Assembly: GCA_039091535.1 (NCBI GenBank) | Contig: JAWCLW010000001.1 | Span: 11,881 to 75,880, forward strand | Source of the DNA: Candidatus Aenigmatarchaeota archaeon | GTDB lineage: Archaea; Aenigmatarchaeota; Aenigmatarchaeia; GW2011-AR5 | Direction of reading: 5' to 3' | Length of the DNA: 64,000 nucleotides | In this document: piece after piece, positions 60,031 to 64,000 of the stretch | Layout: every line of letters starts with the position of its first letter | Position numbering within the stretch: the first letter of the stretch is position 1 | Translations under genes and position numbers: made by a program | The notes under the pieces: generated by a model | What the model was told of the DNA's origin: nothing | What the model saw: the letters and a program-made list of their open reading frames with translations, nothing else | Database searches by the model: none

Positions 60031-63000
60031 TTATTCTGGATTTATTTTTGGGTATATACCCATACATTTCAATTCGTCTAACATAAGCTTGAATGCATAT
60101 GAAATTTCAACATCGACAATCTTACTCTTTTTGCATATAGGGCAGTATTTCTTACCTTTTATAAAATCTTCTATTGCTATGAGACCGCATTTATCACATA
60201 CCGGTATTTTATATTTATCAGAGCTGAATCTTTCTTTTAGCAAAAGCGCAGCACCATGCGCAATCAGACAATCTTTTTCCATCTCGCCAAGACGTAAACC
60301 ACCTTGTTTTGCACGTCCTGCTGTTGGTTGTTTTGTAAGTAATGTAACTGGTCCACGTGCACGTGCTTGGATTTTATTTGCTACCATATGGTGTAGTTTC
60401 TGATAGAAGCAAGGCCCTATAAGTATTTGGGCCTCATAAATTTCACCAGTCACACCATTATATAAACATTCTTTACCATCATCACGAAAACCTAATTTTA
60501 TCAATGCTTTTCTTATTGTATCTTCATTAACTTCATTGAACACTGTTGCATCAAGTTGTTCTCCCTTAAGCGATGAAACTTTTGATGCAATAATTTCTAA
60601 CAATTGACCGATTGTCATTCTAGAAGGAATTGCATGAGGGTTGAGTATTATGTCAGGCACAATACCCTTTTCTGTGAATGGTAGATTTTCTTCAGGCTCT
60701 ATCAATCCAATAACACCTTTTTGTCCATGTCTTGATGTAAATTTATCACCGAGTTCTGGTATTCGTTCACTACGTACAGTAACTTTCACAAATTTATTTC
60801 CGCTTGCTGTTTCTGTGATGATAACATTGTCTACAACTCCTTCTTCACCATGCCTTATAGTTTCTGATGTTTCTCTTCTATTTTCTGTCTCGACCATAAA
60901 ACTTTCAACAGGTCCAAAGAAACGTAATGGTGAGACCTTACCAATAAGCACATCACCTGATTCTACAGAAATTTCTCTGTTTATAATCCCATCTGATGCA
61001 AGATTTGCATAAGCCTCTTCTGTTCTGTATCCACTTACAGATTTGTCCGGTATCTTTATTTCATCCTTTTCAATGCCCCAATATTTTTTTTCCTCTGTTG
61101 AATATGTTCTAAAGAAGAATGATCGACCAAAACCACGCTCTATAGATGCTTTGTTTAATACTATACCGTCCTCCATGTTATAACCTTTATAGCTAAGTAT
61201 GGCTATAACTATATTTTGCCCATTAGGATGTTTGTCAAGATCTATGTTACGTGATATGATTGTATTTACGAGAGGTACTTGTGGATATACTAGTAGATCG
61301 GATTTTGTATCTGTCCTTATGTGGAAAGATGTATTATATATACCCAATGCCTGACCAGACATTTTTGCACCAAAGTTTACACGATCACCTCTATTATGTG
61401 ATGAGAATGGTACAAGAGATGCAGAGATGCCAAGTATTACAGACGGATTTATTTCTAGGTGTGTGTGATTTTTTGTTATATCTTCTTGTGTTAGTGCTAC
61501 TAATGCATTATTCTCTTCATCTGCATCAAGGTATTCTATAACACCTTGTTTTATTAAATCAAACCATTTGAGTTCATTGGAAGCAAGTTTTTCAATAATT
61601 TTTTGTGTCAGTTTTGGTTTTCCATTTTCGATAACTATTAATGGTCTTTGTAATCTTCCAGAATCTGTGTTTATATGGATTTCTTCAAATTCAGGATGAA
61701 TAGCAATATTTATATTTGGAGATATTGCTCCTGACCTACGTTTTTCTTTAAACTTTTCAATAAAATTTTCTGGTGCGTCTGTTGATCCAATAACATGTCC
61801 ATCCATAAATATAACATAAGATGTGCCTGTTTCTTTCTTAACCATTTCGTATATAATTTCTTTTTCCTTTTCTTTTGTTGTCTCAGAGATTACAGCAAAG
61901 AGAGCAAGATATTTTCTCAAACCAATGTTAACACCTTCTGGTGTTTCTTCTGCACATAGTCTACCCCATTGTGTACAATGTAGAGCTCGAGCTTCAAAAT
62001 GTTCTTGCGAAGAAGAAAGAGGTGATATAACATTTCTAAGATGAGCGATTGTTCTAATATAATTTGTCCTTTCCAATCTCTGACATACACCTGTACGACC
62101 ACCAATCCATTGACCTGTTGCCATATGAGAAACAATTCTTTTTGTAAGATAATCACTTTCAACAATAGATTTTATTGATGGCATCTTTCCACGTTTTATA
62201 AGCTTTTGATAAGCGTATATAATCCTAGACACAAGTCCATATTTACCCAGTAAAATAGACCTAAACAATATTTCCATGAAATCGCCAACAAGATGCAATC
62301 TCTTATTTGCATAATGATCTATGTCTTGCTCTTTCATATCTTTTAATCCCAATTTTAGAATTTTTCTAGCAACCTTGCATAAATATATGGCCTTATCCAT
62401 CCTGCTCTTTTTGTCTTGACCAAGATGTGGAAGAAGATATTTATCAAGTATATCATTTATTCTCTTTTCTCTATACTCTTTTTGTTGAATTTTCAACTTT
62501 TTGCCTATATATTCTTTTGCTTCCTCGGCTGTATTAATGTTAAACTCATAAAGATTGAAATAAATCTCTTGAGCCTCTTCTTCATCTGTTGCTATTTCAT
62601 TTATGATATTTTCATCTAGCTCCATTCCAAGAGCACGCAATAATACGACTAGAGGCAATTTTTTTAGATTTGCAAAAGATATAGTAATTATTCCACCCTT
62701 TCTTTCAAGAAGATGTCTCTGCACAAATCCAGATGATTCAGAATTTATTCTGACTGTTTCTATTCCACCTTTTTTTTCAACAATTGGCATATTTGGTAGA
62801 ACCTCTTCAACCATAACAATAACACGTTCAGTACCATTGATTATAAAATATCCACCAGGATCATCTGGATCCTCACCATTTTCTATAAGCTCATCTCTTG
62901 ATAAACCATTCAATACACATCTATTCGATTTTAACATTATTGGAAGTTCACCAAGTTTTACCTCTTGTGGATCTTGATCAACACCATTTATCACAGGTAT

Positions 63001-63291
63001 CATCTCAACATAAATTGGAGATGCATATGTTAGATCCCTTATTCTTGCTTCCATTGGTGTTATTTCACGTGTTGCACCATCTGCTTCTTTTATCGAAGGC
63101 TTTGGTATTCTAACCTTACCAAGTCTTATCTTAAATTCTGCAAGCTCTGGGGCTTCTAATTCTATTTCTCCGATCTCATCTATTATCTTCTGCACTCTAT
63201 AATCTACAAACTCGTTGAATGATTTTATTTGATGATCTACAAAACCAACAGAGTCTTTAAAAGATTTTAATATGGTCTCGAATCCATTCAT
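60031..63291 (-). CDS. rpoB: RNA polymerase subunit B (unsplit Rpo2)
   Basis: GYFIINGTER, ETPEG, GDKFTSRHGQKG, HAIPSRMT, GGLRLGEME. Confidence 0.99.
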   Translation of the reverse strand: MNGFETILKSFKDSVGFVDHQIKSFNEFVDYRVQKIIDEIGEIELEAPELAEFKIRLGKVRIPKPSIKEADGATREITPMEARIRDLTYASPIYVEMIPVINGVDQDPQEVKLGELPIMLKSNRCVLNGLSRDELIENGEDPDDPGGYFIINGTERVIVMVEEVLPNMPIVEKKGGIETVRINSESSGFVQRHLLERKGGIITISFANLKKLPLVVLLRALGMELDENIINEIATDEEEAQEIYFNLYEFNINTAEEAKEYIGKKLKIQQKEYREKRINDILDKYLLPHLGQDKKSRMDKAIYLCKVARKILKLGLKDMKEQDIDHYANKRLHLVGDFMEILFRSILLGKYGLVSRIIYAYQKLIKRGKMPSIKSIVESDYLTKRIVSHMATGQWIGGRTGVCQRLERTNYIRTIAHLRNVISPLSSSQEHFEARALHCTQWGRLCAEETPEGVNIGLRKYLALFAVISETTKEKEKEIIYEMVKKETGTSYVIFMDGHVIGSTDAPENFIEKFKEKRRSGAISPNINIAIHPEFEEIHINTDSGRLQRPLIVIENGKPKLTQKIIEKLASNELKWFDLIKQGVIEYLDADEENNALVALTQEDITKNHTHLEINPSVILGISASLVPFSSHNRGDRVNFGAKMSGQALGIYNTSFHIRTDTKSDLLVYPQVPLVNTIISRNIDLDKHPNGQNIVIAILSYKGYNMEDGIVLNKASIERGFGRSFFFRTYSTEEKKYWGIEKDEIKIPDKSVSGYRTEEAYANLASDGIINREISVESGDVLIGKVSPLRFFGPVESFMVETENRRETSETIRHGEEGVVDNVIITETASGNKFVKVTVRSERIPELGDKFTSRHGQKGVIGLIEPEENLPFTEKGIVPDIILNPHAIPSRMTIGQLLEIIASKVSSLKGEQLDATVFNEVNEDTIRKALIKLGFRDDGKECLYNGVTGEIYEAQILIGPCFYQKLHHMVANKIQARARGPVTLLTKQPTAGRAKQGGLRLGEMEKDCLIAHGAALLLKERFSSDKYKIPVCDKCGLIAIEDFIKGKKYCPICKKSKIVDVEISYAFKLMLDELKCMGIYPKINPE

Positions 63292-63421
63292 GCTTCTCAC
63301 CAGAATTTAGTGAATTTAATTAGATACCAAAAAATATTAAACTTTTTGTTTTCATCGATGAAAATATAATATATCATTTTTATCATGACCCTATTTTTAT
63401 AGTTTATTATTGAAATTTTAA

Positions 63422-63661
63422 TTAGACAACAACTCTATAATATTCTGTTTCTGAATCTCTAAATATTTTAATCACATCACCATGCTTTGCTCCCAAAAAT
63501 TTTGCTACAGGATCTTCTTTTTTTATACGTGGGAGATGTTTTATTGTAATATTTAATCTCTTAAGTAGTTCTGCCTTTTCTTCACTGCTGAGCAAAATCT
63601 GTTTTGGCACAAGTCCACTTTTGAAAATATCTATCTCATTTTCATATTTTTTTGTACTCAT
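63422..63661 (-). CDS. rpoH: RNA polymerase subunit H (Rpo5)
   Basis: LVPK, LPRI..EDPVA, GDVIKI.R.S, YYRVV. Confidence 0.95.
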   Translation of the reverse strand: MSTKKYENEIDIFKSGLVPKQILLSSEEKAELLKRLNITIKHLPRIKKEDPVAKFLGAKHGDVIKIFRDSETEYYRVVV

Positions 63662-63674
63662 AATATCACCATTA

Positions 63675-63846
63675 TGGGTCCGACGGGATTCGAACCCGCG
63701 ACACCCGGCAGAAGAGACATACGGTTTCTCTCTTCTTTATAAGGGTATGATTAGAGCCGTATTTTCATTTCCCCCATTTAAAAGGCCGATGCTCTTTCCT
63801 ACAATGCGTCCTTCAACAATCATGCACCAGGCTGAGCTACGGACCC
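63675..63846 (-). tRNA. tRNA-Lys(TTT) with a D-loop intron (63825-63796) and 68 nt inserted in the anticodon arm (one or two introns)
   Basis: GGGTCCG/CGGACCC, TCGGC-CTTTTA...GCCGG, GCGGG-TTCGAAT-CCCGT; BHB central helices CCTG/TAGG and CTTT/AAAG. Confidence 0.88.
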
Positions 63847-63883
63847 ATTTTTCTATTGATGATTCTATCTTTTTGCTAGATAG

Positions 63884-63956
63884 CGCCTCGATCGGGATTT
63901 GAACCCGAGTCATAGCCTCGACAGGGCTATATGCTAGTCCGCTACACCATCGAGGC
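63884..63956 (-). tRNA. tRNA-Asp(GTC), intronless
   Basis: GCCTCGA/TCGAGGC-G, TAGCC-CTGTCGA-GGCTA, TCGGG-TTCAAAT-CCCGA. Confidence 0.96.
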
Positions 63957-64000
63957 ATTGAAGCATAATTGTTTTCCATCCAAATTCTATTTTCATAACT

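Noticed and set aside
63297..63386. 29-aa ORF between rpoH and rpoB
   Set aside because: No motif, weak SD; its stop is simply part of the rpoB GGTGA site
63621..63979. ORFs 63621-63902 (+) and 63737-63979 (-)
   Set aside because: They overlap tRNA-Lys and tRNA-Asp; translation artefacts
1..64000. CRISPR arrays, rRNA genes, IS transposases
   Set aside because: No regularly spaced repeats, long GC-rich structural RNA or transposase ORFs seen

Overview
Low-GC archaeal chromosomal segment. The content (fused RpoB, split RpoA1/A2, TBP, TFS, MCM, RPA, exosome, EF-1alpha, Dph2/Dph6, GGTGA-type Shine-Dalgarno sites, many orphans, several bacterial-type enzymes) is consistent with a DPANN archaeon, possibly Aenigmatarchaeota-like; the taxonomy is inference. 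Most of the window is housekeeping. Three things stand out. (1) Heavily interrupted tRNA genes: a 309-nt tRNA-Leu(TAG) at 54134-54442 resolves into an 86-nt cloverleaf after removing five introns with BHB or relaxed BHB-like ends, and tRNA-Lys(TTT) and tRNA-Tyr(GTA) each carry at least two introns. (2) An accessory island at about 37.7-43.6 kb holds a candidate RiPP cluster: an uncalled 44-aa precursor, a radical SAM/SPASM enzyme, an amidohydrolase, a GNAT and an alpha/beta hydrolase. (3) In the same island, a single-gene cassette has ends that rebuild a perfect 13-bp stem on circularisation, as integron cassettes do, but with a non-GTT core. Also found: a free-standing RNR-type Zn-ribbon mini-gene in the nrdJ operon, an AAA_28 pseudogene split by a 241-bp micro-inversion, a livF relic, and a 4-Cys PadR regulator heading iscS-iscU. 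No rRNA genes or CRISPR arrays were seen. All calls come from reading motifs by eye; no searches were run.
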